64,000 nucleotides of DNA, from contig CAZCME010000022.1 of NCBI GenBank assembly GCA_964499705.1, positions 1 to 64,000 on the forward strand, in the 5' to 3' direction. The DNA comes from an uncultured bacterium. Its GTDB lineage: Bacteria > UBA8481. Below, piece by piece: positions 29,988 through 39,148 of the stretch. The notes under the pieces were generated by a model. That model saw only the letters and a list, made by a program, of their open reading frames with translations, was not told the origin of the DNA and searched no databases. Both the position numbers and the translations under genes were made by a program. Position 1 is the first letter of the stretch. Each line of letters opens with the position of its first letter.

Positions 29988-30940
29988 GGATTCTTCTCCG
30001 GAGTTTCCCGCGCACGAAGGCTCCAGGGCATCCCGTCCTCCGCGCGCATTTCCAGCTGTGGCGAATCGGGACGACTCAGGCAGGCTCCAAGTTCACGCAA
30101 TCCCGCGCGGCGCGCCGGATCGCGCGCGAGGAGCGCTCCCAGTCGGGAAGCGACCTTCAAACGCGCCGCCAGCCTCACGGCGGCGGCCTCCCCGCAATGC
30201 TTGCGGATCAGCGTGACGGCTCCCGTGTAATACAGAACCTCCCGCCCCGGAGGAACATCCACGCCGCCCGCGTGGACGATCGAGACCGTCGGATCGTAGA
30301 TGTTGACGAAGCCGCGTGCTCGCGCCCGGAGACACCAGTCGACCTCCTCGTGATACAGGAAAAACCGCTCATCAAAGGGTCCCACTTCTTTCCAGGCGCG
30401 AGGCGAGATCATGAAGCACGAGCCCTGAACGGCGACGACATCGGTCCGATGATCCGGCATCGTGCGGGAAATGCCGAGCGACTTCACCCAGCGCTGAATG
30501 CCGAGCGCCTCCATCCACGGTCCGTGTTCCGCGGGTTCTCCGTACACGGATGCCTGGACATCTCCGCCCGGCGTCAGCACGCGCGGAGCCGCGATGCCGA
30601 CATTGCCGACGACCCAGGTCACGAACGACGCCCATCTTCCGTCGACGAGGTAGGCGTCGGGATTCATGACAAGTACCGGTCTCCGGTGACGCGACCGCTC
30701 CAGCGACCAGCCGACTCCCGCGTTCACGCCCGAGGCGAAACCACGGTTCTCGCGATATTCGATCAGGTTGATCCTTCGCCCCGCATCCCGATGAGTGCGA
30801 AACTGATCCGCCTCCCCTGTTCCATTCTCCACGACGCAGATGTCCGCGAGCGCCGGACCGAGGTGATGCCGAGCCGACCGGATCGCGGTCAGCGCTTCGC
30901 GGCAGGAACCGTGGTTGATGATGACAAGATCGCATTGCAT
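29984..30940 (-). CDS. Glycosyltransferase family 2 (rhamnosyl/galactofuranosyl-transferase-like)
   Basis: ENRGFASGVN, MNPD, GSCFMI, FDERFFLYHEEVDWCLR. Confidence 0.9.
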   Translation of the reverse strand: MQCDLVIINHGSCREALTAIRSARHHLGPALADICVVENGTGEADQFRTHRDAGRRINLIEYRENRGFASGVNAGVGWSLERSRHRRPVLVMNPDAYLVDGRWASFVTWVVGNVGIAAPRVLTPGGDVQASVYGEPAEHGPWMEALGIQRWVKSLGISRTMPDHRTDVVAVQGSCFMISPRAWKEVGPFDERFFLYHEEVDWCLRARARGFVNIYDPTVSIVHAGGVDVPPGREVLYYTGAVTLIRKHCGEAAAVRLAARLKVASRLGALLARDPARRAGLRELGACLSRPDSPQLEMRAEDGMPWSLRARETPEKNP

Positions 30941-30981
30941 GGGATGAGCTTACAGGGATGACGGAGGAAGGATGAAGTACT

Positions 30982-32058
30982 TCATCCTTTTCTCATGCCG
31001 TACAGTTTCAACAGCGCATCCGCCATGGTCTCCAGCCGGAATCTTTCCCGGTAGCGCGCGCGCGCGCGGAGCCCGGTCTCGGCACGGAACACGGGATCTT
31101 CCAGGTACCGCTTCACCGCGGAAGCGAAGTGCGCGGCCCGGTCCGCATCGGGAAGTTCCACGGGCACGATGAGCCCGGCGCCGCCGATCACTTCCGGATT
31201 CCCGCCGGCCGAGGTCGCGACGATCGCGCGGCCCGCGGCCAGGGCTTCCAGCAGCACAAGCGATGCTCCTTCGGACACGGAGGTATTAAGAACGATGGCG
31301 GCGGAAGCGAGCGCCTCCCGGAGCGACTTCACGGGAGGCTCCAGCAGGAATTTCGGAATCGTGGCGCCGACAAGCGCGGGCCGGCAGGGACCGTCGCCGA
31401 TCATGCGGATCCGCAGGAGATTCGGATGGGAGTGCACCATCCGGGCGATATCGAGCATCGTGCCGGGCGATTTTTCCGGCGAGAATCGCCCGGCCCACAG
31501 GATTTCGACCGCTCCATCGTGGTCCGGAGGATCGACGAATCCCGGATCAGGAACGCCGTTGGGAATCGTCACGGTCCTCTGCGCCGAAAAACCGGACGCG
31601 ATCAGCTCGCGCCTGTCCGCTTCGCACACCGCTATGACGGCCTCCGCCTTGCGCGCCGACCACATGTCCGCCCACTTGTACCACGCCGCCGGCACGGAGC
31701 TCGTCATGGCAAATTGCCGGTGGCTTCCGTGAATCGTGATGATCCGCCGGCAGGGCGTGGCGAGCATGGCGGCCAGGAGCGTCGCCTTCGTCTGATGCGA
31801 ATGCAGAATGTCCGGCTCGAACCGCGCCACGATCCGCTCCAGTTCCGGAACGGACTGCAGCGGAATTTTTCCCGGCGTCGGAAGGATCTCAATGTCCGCC
31901 CCGGCGTCGGTGTAACGTTCCACCATCGGCCCGTCCGCGAGAACCACGACGAGGTGCTGAGCGGGCACGGACTTCACGATGTGCTCCACGTGGATCTCCG
32001 CGCCGCCAAGGTCCGCGCCGGAGAGAAGACTCAGGACCCTCACGGCGCTCTTCTCCAC
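30982..32058 (-). CDS. Glycosyltransferase family 4
   Basis: GGAE, IPNGV, GRFSPEK, EGASLVLLEALAAG, GGNPEVI. Confidence 0.9.
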   Translation of the reverse strand: MEKSAVRVLSLLSGADLGGAEIHVEHIVKSVPAQHLVVVLADGPMVERYTDAGADIEILPTPGKIPLQSVPELERIVARFEPDILHSHQTKATLLAAMLATPCRRIITIHGSHRQFAMTSSVPAAWYKWADMWSARKAEAVIAVCEADRRELIASGFSAQRTVTIPNGVPDPGFVDPPDHDGAVEILWAGRFSPEKSPGTMLDIARMVHSHPNLLRIRMIGDGPCRPALVGATIPKFLLEPPVKSLREALASAAIVLNTSVSEGASLVLLEALAAGRAIVATSAGGNPEVIGGAGLIVPVELPDADRAAHFASAVKRYLEDPVFRAETGLRARARYRERFRLETMADALLKLYGMRKG

Positions 32059-33941
32059 CAGGAAGAGTTGTCGCCGGTCGAGAAGATCCTGTGGCGGTAC
32101 ATGAGGGGCGCGAAGACGCGGTACGGCAGGGCGGGATCACGTCGCGCTTCGGCGCGCTTTTGAAGCTCCGCGGCGAATTCAGGAGCCGCTTCCGCGTAAA
32201 GCCGGCACAGCACCGCGTCCGTGCCGTATTGCTGTAGCGCCAGGAGGTGCGCTTTTTCGAGCAGGCGACGCGCGCGCGGCCGGTCGTCCTCCAGGAGCGC
32301 GCGTGCTCCCAGGTAGCGATAATGCCTCCAGCTCAGCACGTCTCCGTCGGCCGGGACCATCGACGGCGCGATGGCGAAGGGATCGGGAAACTCGATGCCG
32401 TAATGCCGATCGATGAAGGAAGGCTCCACGGGCCGGGACTCGCGGAGAAACCACGCCGCTAGAACCGGCGCGAGCTCGCGTGTTGTCTCGATCATCCTCC
32501 TGGATTCCTCCTGCCGCCCGTTGGATCGATATGTCCACGCGAGATCGAGGGTGTGCGGCCCGAGAATGAGGCGCGGATCGAGCGCGGCGGCGCGAAGGAA
32601 CGACGCGACGGCGCCGGGAGTGTCGCCGCGCGCCAGGAGCGCGTATCCCGAGATCCTGAGGGCGAACGGATCGTGTTCCGCTCCGCGGTAGTTCGCCGGA
32701 ACATTCTTCTCGACGCACGCATCCAACTGCTGCGATAGAGGCGCGAGCGGCAACCCGGGCTGGATGTCGTGCAGGACGGGAAGCAGCGCGGCGGCGAAAC
32801 CGGAGACGATGAGAAGAGAGGACGCCTCGCGCGCGGACAGTCGATAACGGGACGCGGCGACCATCGTCGCGGCCGCGGCGAAGAAGACGAACGCGAGCAT
32901 GGGGATCCAGAACATGTCGTCCGTCAGAGAGCCGCCGAGGATCGCGAGCATGACGCCGGGCGCCCACGCCGCGCGCGCGGAACGCACGGCTCCGTGAACA
33001 GCCGCGGCCAGGAACGAGGCCCATGCCAGAAGACCGATGATACCGCTTTCAAAGGCCACGCGGAGGATGAGGCTGTGCGGATGCAGTTCCCATTTCGGCC
33101 AGGAGAGAAAGGACTGACCGAGCACGGGAAAAGACCAGGGGCCGAAACCGAGGAGCGGCCTGTCGAGGAACGCGCGACCCACGCCGCGCCACATCGAGAG
33201 GCGCTGAGCGTTCGTCAGGTAGGCCGGATCCAGCCTGTCTATGAACTTGGGGAGAAACAGGACGGTCGCGACCGCCAGGACGACGGCGCCGGCGAGGAGA
33301 ACAAGGCGGCGCGACTGCGACGGCATCCTCAGGAACGGCCAGGCCATGCCGAGGGCAGCGGCCACGAGCCCCGTTCTCGACTCCGTCAGCACGATGGCGG
33401 AAACGATCGCAAGCGAAAGGATCGCGAAGAGCGGCCGCGCGAATCGGGTTCGCAATTCCCAGAGCGCCGGCAGCGAAGCCGCAAGCGCGACCGACGATAC
33501 GCCGGCGCCCGCAAGGAATCCGGCGGCGCCGAGACCGAGCCCGGCCCGGCCGAGGACCATGTAATTCCCGAGAGCCTCGACATGAATGGAAGCCGCGAGC
33601 GCGAGCGAGGCGAAGACAAGCGACATCGCGAAATGATGATCGTCGTCGGCCGGGAAAAGGATGTTGGCGGCTACCGCGCAGAAGAAGAGCTGAAAAAGTT
33701 CCTCGAAACCGAGTCCCGGAATGAGGGCGGTCGAGAGGGACGCAAGCGCCGCGAAGACGGGGAGGAAAAGTGGAAGGCGGAGCGGGATGACATCCCCGCT
33801 TCGGAGCGAAGCCAATGCTGCCAGTGTGACAAGACCGAGCGTCACCATCCGGCCTCGGGGATCGATACCGCCGGCCGAGACCGTCCACCCCAGCACCAGC
33901 GCAGATCCAAATAATGAGGGAACGATACGCGCGCTTTTCAT
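32040..33941 (-). CDS. O-antigen ligase / oligosaccharyltransferase-like (Wzy_C) protein with C-terminal TPR-like helices
   Basis: LTESRTG, QRLSMW, PLLGFGPWSF, HPHSLILRVAFESGIIG; many TMs followed by a helical tail. Confidence 0.8.
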   Translation of the reverse strand: MKSARIVPSLFGSALVLGWTVSAGGIDPRGRMVTLGLVTLAALASLRSGDVIPLRLPLFLPVFAALASLSTALIPGLGFEELFQLFFCAVAANILFPADDDHHFAMSLVFASLALAASIHVEALGNYMVLGRAGLGLGAAGFLAGAGVSSVALAASLPALWELRTRFARPLFAILSLAIVSAIVLTESRTGLVAAALGMAWPFLRMPSQSRRLVLLAGAVVLAVATVLFLPKFIDRLDPAYLTNAQRLSMWRGVGRAFLDRPLLGFGPWSFPVLGQSFLSWPKWELHPHSLILRVAFESGIIGLLAWASFLAAAVHGAVRSARAAWAPGVMLAILGGSLTDDMFWIPMLAFVFFAAAATMVAASRYRLSAREASSLLIVSGFAAALLPVLHDIQPGLPLAPLSQQLDACVEKNVPANYRGAEHDPFALRISGYALLARGDTPGAVASFLRAAALDPRLILGPHTLDLAWTYRSNGRQEESRRMIETTRELAPVLAAWFLRESRPVEPSFIDRHYGIEFPDPFAIAPSMVPADGDVLSWRHYRYLGARALLEDDRPRARRLLEKAHLLALQQYGTDAVLCRLYAEAAPEFAAELQKRAEARRDPALPYRVFAPLMYRHRIFSTGDNSSWWRRAP

Positions 33942-35131
33942 GATCCGGATCCTGCCAATCGAGCAAGCTGTTTTTCCGCGGCGAGTTCCTGGTAGAGGTG
34001 TTCCAGCCTGCGAAACATTTCCTCCAGCGTGAACTCATCCCGGAACGCGACGCGGGCCCTGTCGCCCATAGCCGCGCGTCGATCGCGATCGCGGAGAAGT
34101 TCACCCGCGGCATCGGCCATGTTCTCCACGGCTCCGGGCGGGAAAAGCATGCCCGTGTCGCCGTCGCGAACCGCTTCCGGTATGCCGTCGACGTTCGTCG
34201 AAACGCAGGACACTCCCAGCGCCGCCGCCTCCAGGATCACGCGGGGCAGACCCTCGAAGAGCGCCGTATGAAGTAGAAGGTCCGAGGCCGCGAGCAGCCG
34301 CGTCGCATCGGATCTCCACCCCAGGAGGCGAACCCTGGAAGACCAAGGGGCCAGGAGCGCCTCGACCTTCGCGCGCAACGGACCATCTCCTGCCACGATG
34401 AAATGCGCATCCGGATTCGCGGCGAGGACGCGCGCGGCGGTTCGCGACAGATCGATCGGAGCCTTCTGCGGCTTGAAATTTCCGACGGCGATCATGAGCG
34501 GCGCTTCGGGCGGAATATCCAGTTCCCGGCGCGTCTCCCCGCGCTGCATTAACAGCGCGGTATCCACGGAAATACCCGATCGGATCGTGACGTATTGCTC
34601 CGGTCGACCGATGCCAGCGGAAAGCGCCTTCTCGCGGTTCGCATCCGCGACAACCACGATCCTGTCCGTCAGGCGCGCCGCGCGACGTTCCACCGCCTGG
34701 TAGATCGCGCGGACGACAGGAGGCTGGTGGTCGTGAAACGCCCACCCATGCGCGGTATGCACGACGGCCGGCACATGCTCGGCGCGCGCCGCTTCGCGGC
34801 CGAGGATTCCCGCTTTCGAAGAATGCGTGTGGACGATGTCGGGTCGGAGCCTTCTGATGATCTCGCGCAACGTCGAAAGCGCTTCCGCGTCCCGAACGGG
34901 GGCGATTTCACGCACGAGAGAGCGAACCGGGATGTAACCGCGGCCGAGCCGGTCAGCGGCTTCTTTCTCCAACGCGCCGGGCGCCGCGGCGACCCAGGAT
35001 TCATGACCGCGACGCCTCGCCTCTTCAGCGGATAAAATCGTGTTCCATTGCGCGCCGCCCATCTCCAGCATCGTGACGACATGGAGAATGCGGAGCCGGG
35101 CATCGGGTCTCCCGGACACGATATTCGTCAT
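33938..35131 (-). CDS. Glycosyltransferase family 4
   Basis: GGAQ, PDIVHTHSSKAG, HTAHGWAF, EGLPRVILEA, VDGIPEAV. Start MTNIVSG at 35131 overlaps the MFS stop. Confidence 0.9.
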   Translation of the reverse strand: MTNIVSGRPDARLRILHVVTMLEMGGAQWNTILSAEEARRRGHESWVAAAPGALEKEAADRLGRGYIPVRSLVREIAPVRDAEALSTLREIIRRLRPDIVHTHSSKAGILGREAARAEHVPAVVHTAHGWAFHDHQPPVVRAIYQAVERRAARLTDRIVVVADANREKALSAGIGRPEQYVTIRSGISVDTALLMQRGETRRELDIPPEAPLMIAVGNFKPQKAPIDLSRTAARVLAANPDAHFIVAGDGPLRAKVEALLAPWSSRVRLLGWRSDATRLLAASDLLLHTALFEGLPRVILEAAALGVSCVSTNVDGIPEAVRDGDTGMLFPPGAVENMADAAGELLRDRDRRAAMGDRARVAFRDEFTLEEMFRRLEHLYQELAAEKQLARLAGSGS

Positions 35132-36357
35132 GCGGCGGCCGTCTCGGATACAGGTTTCGGTTCGCCCATGATCCTGCATCGCATCATGACAAGGCTCCCG
35201 GCCACGATGATAAGCCCTCCCGCCAGGAGAAAAACAGGCTCCCCGTACCGGTCGGCGATGATGCCCGCGAGAAAACCTCCCATGGGCAGCGCGCCCATGA
35301 ACGTGGAGGAATAGAGCGCCATGACGCGACCGCGCAGCCTGTCCGGTGTCAAAGATTGGAGGAGCGTGTTGGTGGAGGACGATTGAATGAGACATCCGAA
35401 GCCGGCGAAGAAGAGGAGCATCGCGGCGGGAGGGATCGCTCTCATGAAAGCGAACACAGCCAGCGAGATTCCGAACAGGACTCCGCCGTACACCGGCCAC
35501 GACCGGAAGTCGGATCCCGAGCGGCGCGACGCCACGAGGAGCGCGCCGCAGAAAGCTCCCACGCCCGTGGACGCCATCAGGTAACCGAGAGTGTCTGGAC
35601 CTCCCCCGAGGACGCGGCTGACGTGGGCGGGAAGGAGGATGACGTAGGGATTGCCGAAGAAAGCGCAGACGATGTGCAGCAGCAGGAGCGACGCGACGGA
35701 AGGATGGGTCCGGGCGAAATGAATGCCTTCGCGCACCTCCGCGACAAGCGAACTTCCCGATTCGACTTTCAACTCCCCCGGAAGTTTCATCGACGCGAAA
35801 CCGGCGATGATCGGCAGGAAAGAAATCGCGTTGAAGGCGAAGCACCAGCCTTCTCCGACGGCGGAGATCATGACGCCGGCCATGGCCGGACCCAGGACGC
35901 GGGCGCCGTTGACGATCGCGGAATTCAAGGCGATCGCGTTCGGCAGATCGTCCCGACCCACCATGGAGATGAAGAGCGACTGGCGGGCCGGAATATCGAC
36001 GGCCCACGCCAGACCGGAGAGGATCGCGATCGCCACGACATGCCAGGGCATGACCATGCCGGAAATGGTCAGGGCGGAAAGAATTCCGGCGAGAAGCATC
36101 ACGGAAATCTGCGTGACGATGATGAGGATGCGCTTGTCGTGCCGGTCGCACAATGCTCCCGCGAACGGCCCCACGAGAAAGCCCGTCCCCTGTTGCGCGA
36201 GAGCGACGAGACCGAGCATGGACGCGGAGCCGGTGAGCCGGTAAACGAGCCATCCCAGGGCGACCGACTGCATCCACGATCCGACGTGCGAGACGGCCTG
36301 GCCCGCCAGATACATCCGGTAATTCGCATGGCGTAAAGCTCTGAAAACGAAGCGCAT
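35128..36357 (-). CDS. MFS transporter (MFS_3/DHA3-like)
   Basis: FRALRHANYR..GQAVS.VGSWMQ, DIPARQ, NAIALNS, LRGRVMA; ~12 TMs. Confidence 0.9.
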   Translation of the reverse strand: MRFVFRALRHANYRMYLAGQAVSHVGSWMQSVALGWLVYRLTGSASMLGLVALAQQGTGFLVGPFAGALCDRHDKRILIIVTQISVMLLAGILSALTISGMVMPWHVVAIAILSGLAWAVDIPARQSLFISMVGRDDLPNAIALNSAIVNGARVLGPAMAGVMISAVGEGWCFAFNAISFLPIIAGFASMKLPGELKVESGSSLVAEVREGIHFARTHPSVASLLLLHIVCAFFGNPYVILLPAHVSRVLGGGPDTLGYLMASTGVGAFCGALLVASRRSGSDFRSWPVYGGVLFGISLAVFAFMRAIPPAAMLLFFAGFGCLIQSSSTNTLLQSLTPDRLRGRVMALYSSTFMGALPMGGFLAGIIADRYGEPVFLLAGGLIIVAGSLVMMRCRIMGEPKPVSETAAA

Positions 36358-36388
36358 AAGCGGGCGAGTGTATCATAAACGGGCGTCG

Positions 36389-36418
36389 TTGACATAAAGC
36401 TGTGGAGAAGCGGATACT
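36389..36418 (+). promoter_or_regulatory. Sigma-70-like promoter for the DprE1/DprE2-like pair
   Basis: TTGACA-N18-GATACT, 6 nt before ATG 36425. Confidence 0.5.
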
Positions 36419-36424
36419 TCGAGG

Positions 36425-37756
36425 ATGCGCCTGACTTCTCACGAATCATGGGGCCGTTACCCCTCCGCGCGCCAGGAAGTCATCCCTCTGAACTGGTCGA
36501 AGGATTCCTGGCCCGCGACGGAGAAGAAAGTTCTGCCGAGAGGGCTCGGCCGGAGCTACGGCGACTGCTGTCTCAACGACGACGGCGTGCTTCTCGAAAC
36601 GACGCCGCTGGACAGGCTCCTGGATTTCAATCCCTCCACGGGAATCCTCACATGCGAATCCGGAGTCACTCTTGCGGAGATCATCCGCGTCTTTTCTCCG
36701 AGGGGATATTTTCCTCCCGTCGTTCCGGGCACGAAATTCGTCACGGTCGGCGGAGCCATCGCCAACGACGTTCACGGCAAGAATCACCATCAGGCGGGAA
36801 CATTCGGCTGTCATGTGAAGAGCCTGGCCCTGCGCCGATCCTCAGGCGAAATCCTGGCCTGTTCTGCGGAATCGAATCCGGAGCTCTTCGCCGCGACGAT
36901 CGGGGGTCTCGGCCTGACCGGCGTCATACTCCGGGCGGAAATCATCCTGAAACCGATCGCAAGTTCCGTCATCGAGGTGGAAAGCGTCCGCTTCGAAGAC
37001 TTCGATTCCTTCTGGGACCTGGCGGTCGCGTCGGAGCAAACCTACGAATATACCGTCGCATGGATGGACTGCCTTCCGGGCCGCCCCTGCCGCGGTCTGT
37101 TCCTCCGTGGCGATCACGCGGACGGCGAGCCCGGTATTCCTGTAAGCGCTCCTGCCGCGATAGCTGATTCCTTATTCGAAGTACCGGATGTCATTCCCGA
37201 TTTCCTGATGAACTCATGGAAAATGCGCGCCTTCAATTTCGCCTATTTTCACCGGCAGACAAGCCGACTCTCCAGGAAGCGCGTCGGCGTCGATCCCTTC
37301 TTCTTCCCCCTCGACGCCGTCGGATCCTGGAACAGGCTCTACGGTACCCGAGGATTCCTTCAGCACCAGTGCGTCATCCCACAGGACGAGAACCGCTCCT
37401 CGGCCCGCCGGATCCTGGGTTATATCAAGGGTTGTTCCGATCGGGTGTTCTGCAGCCTCGCGGTCGTGAAGACATTCGGAGACCGGCGGTCGCCCGGCAT
37501 CCTGTCGTTTCCTCGAAAGGGCATCACGTTCGCGCTCGACTTCCCCGCCGATCGGCGGGAGACTTTCGCGCTCCTCGACCGCATCGACGGAATCGTCCGG
37601 GATTCGGGAGGCGCGATCTACCCCGCGAAGGACGCGCGCATGTCTCCGGAGACGTTCCGCGCGTCCTTTCCTCGCTGGAAGGAATTCGCGCGGCAGATCG
37701 ATCCGGCCTTTTCGTCCGGCTTCTGGCGAAGGGTATGTGGAAAAGATGAGGGATGA
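36425..37756 (+). CDS. FAD-dependent oxidoreductase, decaprenylphosphoryl-ribose 2'-oxidase (DprE1)-like
   Basis: RGLGRSYGD, VVPGTKFVTVGGAIANDVHGKNHH, YTVAWMD, FFFPLD, GFLQHQ, LSFP..G.TFALDF, YPAKD. Confidence 0.88.
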   Translation: MRLTSHESWGRYPSARQEVIPLNWSKDSWPATEKKVLPRGLGRSYGDCCLNDDGVLLETTPLDRLLDFNPSTGILTCESGVTLAEIIRVFSPRGYFPPVVPGTKFVTVGGAIANDVHGKNHHQAGTFGCHVKSLALRRSSGEILACSAESNPELFAATIGGLGLTGVILRAEIILKPIASSVIEVESVRFEDFDSFWDLAVASEQTYEYTVAWMDCLPGRPCRGLFLRGDHADGEPGIPVSAPAAIADSLFEVPDVIPDFLMNSWKMRAFNFAYFHRQTSRLSRKRVGVDPFFFPLDAVGSWNRLYGTRGFLQHQCVIPQDENRSSARRILGYIKGCSDRVFCSLAVVKTFGDRRSPGILSFPRKGITFALDFPADRRETFALLDRIDGIVRDSGGAIYPAKDARMSPETFRASFPRWKEFARQIDPAFSSGFWRRVCGKDEG

Positions 37757-37779
37757 ATTGTGAAGGGTGAGGAGATTTC

Positions 37780-38517
37780 GTGAATAAGATCGCGATATTC
37801 GGAGCCACGTCGGCGATCGCGCAGGGGGCGGCGCGGTGTTTTGCGGCCGAAGAAGCCGAGTTTTTCCTGGTGGCGCGCCACGCGGAGAAGCTGGAAGCGG
37901 CGGCGGCCGATCTCCGGGTGCGCGGCGCTTCGCGTGTCGTCACGCGCCTCAGTGATCTCAACGCGTTCGACCAGCACCTCGCGCTGGTGCAGGAAGCCGA
38001 CTCGGCGCTGGGCGGGATCCAGGTCGCGATCATCGCGCACGGAACATTGTCGGATCAGGCTCGATGCGAAGGAGACGCGACGCTCGCACGGCAGGAACTC
38101 GACACCAACTTCGTAGGACCCGTATCGCTTCTGACTCACCTGGCCAATCTGCTCGAATCGCGACCGGGAAGCGTCATCGCGGTCATCACTTCCGTCGCGG
38201 GCGACCGGGGCCGAAAGAAGAACTACGTCTATGGCGCCGCGAAAGGCGGCCTCGGCATCTTCCTTCAGGGTCTTCGCAACAGGCTCGCGGATAAGCACGT
38301 TTCCGTCATCACCGCCAAGCCCGGCTTCGTCTCCACGCCCATGACCGCGCACCTCCGGCAGGGTCCCCTTTATGCATCTCCGTCCAGGGTCGGTCGCGGC
38401 ATCCATGACGCCATATGTGCCCGGAAGAATATCGTCTACCTGCCCTGGTTCTGGCGGCCGATCATGTTCATCATCCGCGCCATCCCGGAACGTTTCTTCA
38501 AAAGGATGAACTTATAG
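37780..38517 (+). CDS. Short-chain dehydrogenase, DprE2-like
   Basis: GATSAIA, SVAGDRGRKKNYVYGAAK, KPGFVSTPMT; directly after the DprE1-like gene. Confidence 0.85.
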   Translation: MNKIAIFGATSAIAQGAARCFAAEEAEFFLVARHAEKLEAAAADLRVRGASRVVTRLSDLNAFDQHLALVQEADSALGGIQVAIIAHGTLSDQARCEGDATLARQELDTNFVGPVSLLTHLANLLESRPGSVIAVITSVAGDRGRKKNYVYGAAKGGLGIFLQGLRNRLADKHVSVITAKPGFVSTPMTAHLRQGPLYASPSRVGRGIHDAICARKNIVYLPWFWRPIMFIIRAIPERFFKRMNL

Positions 38518-38630
38518 GGGGACATTCTCCAACATTCCAACATTCAGATTACTGGTACTTGCGTGAGTAAGGACACCCATTTCTCGTAACTCCCTGCATT
38601 TTCAATGTTGGAATGTTGGAGAATGTCCCC
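38518..38630. mobile_element. MITE-like element with perfect 27-bp inverted repeats between convergent stop codons
   Basis: GGGGACATTCTCCAACATTCCAACATT 38518-38544; exact reverse complement at 38604-38630. Confidence 0.7.
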
Positions 38631-39148
38631 TATTCCTCTGTCGTCTGCATCGCTTTCAGCCACATCGCCGCAGGATCGATGTCGAAGACAAGCTCCGGAG
38701 TGGCGTCGGCGAGGAGCCAGTAACCGCCTTCCATCTCCTTCTCCAGCTGTCCGGGGCCCCAGCCGGAATAACCGAGGCAGATGCGGAACCGGCCGGCGGG
38801 TTCCATCAGCATGGACCGGATGGCCGGCGCGGACGACGAGAACGCGACATGACTGACGACCTCCGACGCGACGCCGATGCCCCGGCCTCCGTCATGCACC
38901 ACCCAGACCGTCTGCGTCTCCACGGGTCCCCCGAGGCAGACGTTCGGCGCGGGATCCGATCCGCCCCAGGATATGCCGAGCGAATCGGAGAGCTTATCGA
39001 CGGTGAGCTCGAGCGGGCGGTTCATGACGAGCCCGAATGCTCCTTCATCCTCGTATTCGATCACGAGCACCACCGTCTGGATGAAATTGGGATCCAGGAG
39101 AAAGGGGTGCGCGATAAGAAGTTTTCCTTTTTCGATCGTCGTGTTCAT
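38630..39148 (-). CDS. YqgE/AlgH (DUF179) family protein
   Basis: LLIAHP..LDPNF..TVV, GAFGLVMNRP, GGPV, GYSGWGPGQLEKE. Confidence 0.92.
   Translation of the reverse strand: MNTTIEKGKLLIAHPFLLDPNFIQTVVLVIEYEDEGAFGLVMNRPLELTVDKLSDSLGISWGGSDPAPNVCLGGPVETQTVWVVHDGGRGIGVASEVVSHVAFSSSAPAIRSMLMEPAGRFRICLGYSGWGPGQLEKEMEGGYWLLADATPELVFDIDPAAMWLKAMQTTEE

Noticed and set aside
30968-30989. Hairpin AAGGATGAAG-TA-CTTCATCCTT, plus short periodic tracts near 6185-6212 and 37745-37770
   Set aside because: Too short or degenerate to call as terminators or repeat-family members with confidence.
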